Positions 63,454-64,000 of a stretch of 64,000 bases of DNA are shown here, one piece after another. Made by a program: the position numbers and the translations under genes. Below the pieces are notes generated by a model. It was not told the origin of the DNA, did not search any database, and saw only the letters and a program-made list of their open reading frames with translations. The stretch's first letter is position 1; each line of letters begins with the position of its first letter. Source of the stretch: Neodothiora populina (taxonomy: Eukaryota); NCBI RefSeq assembly GCF_041146345.1, contig NW_027191413.1, forward strand, positions 2,170,001 to 2,234,000, written 5' to 3'.

Positions 63454-63475
63454 AACAGGTCTCTACCCCTTTTGA
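61978..63475 (+). CDS. uncharacterised fungal protein with Rai1/DXO-like motifs; intron 62255-62309
   Basis: IASYNW, PTIIVPG|EPPCWSP, DSGIYYRDSNAA, GFGHSF, SHQRLIRY, VRSQTDGY, FDLKTRS, LPRLWLTQTPNFVLAYH; acidic tail. Confidence 0.75.
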
Positions 63476-63763
63476 AAGCAGCGGCTTGTAAACAGATCCA
63501 CGCCTGGGAAGCATGAAATTTGGTAAGGTATACTTCGTATCTAGATTACTCTCGGACAATTATTTGGCGTCACTGCCAGAACTCTCTCATTACAGTAGAG
63601 CAGTAGCATGCAACATGCAATAGTAAAGCATGTGAGCAAACAAGCGAAAACAGAATCCCATTGAACGAACCCCACAAACCCATGCTACTCCCTCATCGAA
63701 GCTGACTTATGCTACTAACAATTGTGTTGGCCGCTTCACCCGTCTTTTGTCTAGAGAGTGCCG

Positions 63764-64000
63764 ATTTATCGCCTGATCTCCTTCCTGAATGCGATCGATC
63801 TCTGGGGCAAAGGGGGTGATGAATGTGTGTGGACGGGCGAGTACAGCCGTCTCTTATTCTTCTCGTGCTTCTTCTCTTCTTCTATTTCCTGTTGTTCTAC
63901 GTTTCTGCGTACTATCCGCCGTCTTACACGCCGTCTCCTTACGGTGGTGGCGGTAGTGGTAGTGGTCGTAGTGGTAGTGGTCGTAGTCGTAGTAGTCTCA
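63764..64000 (-). other. Thr-codon-like (ACT/ACC/ACG) repeat at the window edge; possibly the 3' end of a minus-strand gene
   Basis: Minus frame ETTTTTTT...VRRRRVRRR...IRR* is open from the edge; not identifiable. Confidence 0.25.

Noticed and set aside
1..64000. Transposons, RIP-degraded repeats, CRISPR arrays, tRNA/rRNA genes, secondary-metabolite cluster
   Set aside because: By eye there are no transposase/RT motifs, AT-rich RIP blocks, spaced direct repeats, cloverleaf boxes or PKS/NRPS/terpene backbone genes.
1..64000. TGA-CTA readthrough giving cryptic peroxisomal PTS1
   Set aside because: The stop contexts I inspected for the annotated enzymes do not show the motif or a downstream SKL-like end.

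Overview
Gene-dense eukaryotic DNA from a filamentous ascomycete (Pezizomycotina; Dothideomycete-like is my unverified impression). It has short GT-AG introns with CTRAC/CTAAY branch sites and about 23 protein-coding genes. In order: partial low-complexity gene (possibly a LAMMER kinase), IMPACT/UPF0029 protein, SDA1, DUF2235/Tle1-like hydrolase, bZIP factor, tRNase Z, NAD(P)-binding protein, GH2 beta-mannosidase, thaumatin-like protein, Xaa-Pro aminopeptidase, DUF7918-like protein, STS1/Cut8, MTR4, COX8, ELP1, acyl-CoA thioesterase, LST8, ASI3-like RING ligase, PI31, GNAT, YVC1-like channel, GH72, zeta-crystallin quinone reductase, class I GATase and a Rai1/DXO-like protein. I saw no transposon, CRISPR, rRNA, tRNA or secondary-metabolite cluster. 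Best leads: (1) an ATG-less 132-codon in-frame extension on tRNase Z that starts at a good-context TTG and looks like a mitochondrial presequence, plus several other alternative N-termini; (2) a Rai1/DXO-fold protein with altered catalytic motifs; (3) two unexplained intergenic tracts, one with a small membrane ORF and a telomere-complementary 9-mer, the other hairpin-rich. I cannot confirm a wholly new system from sequence alone. All exon boundaries were read by eye.
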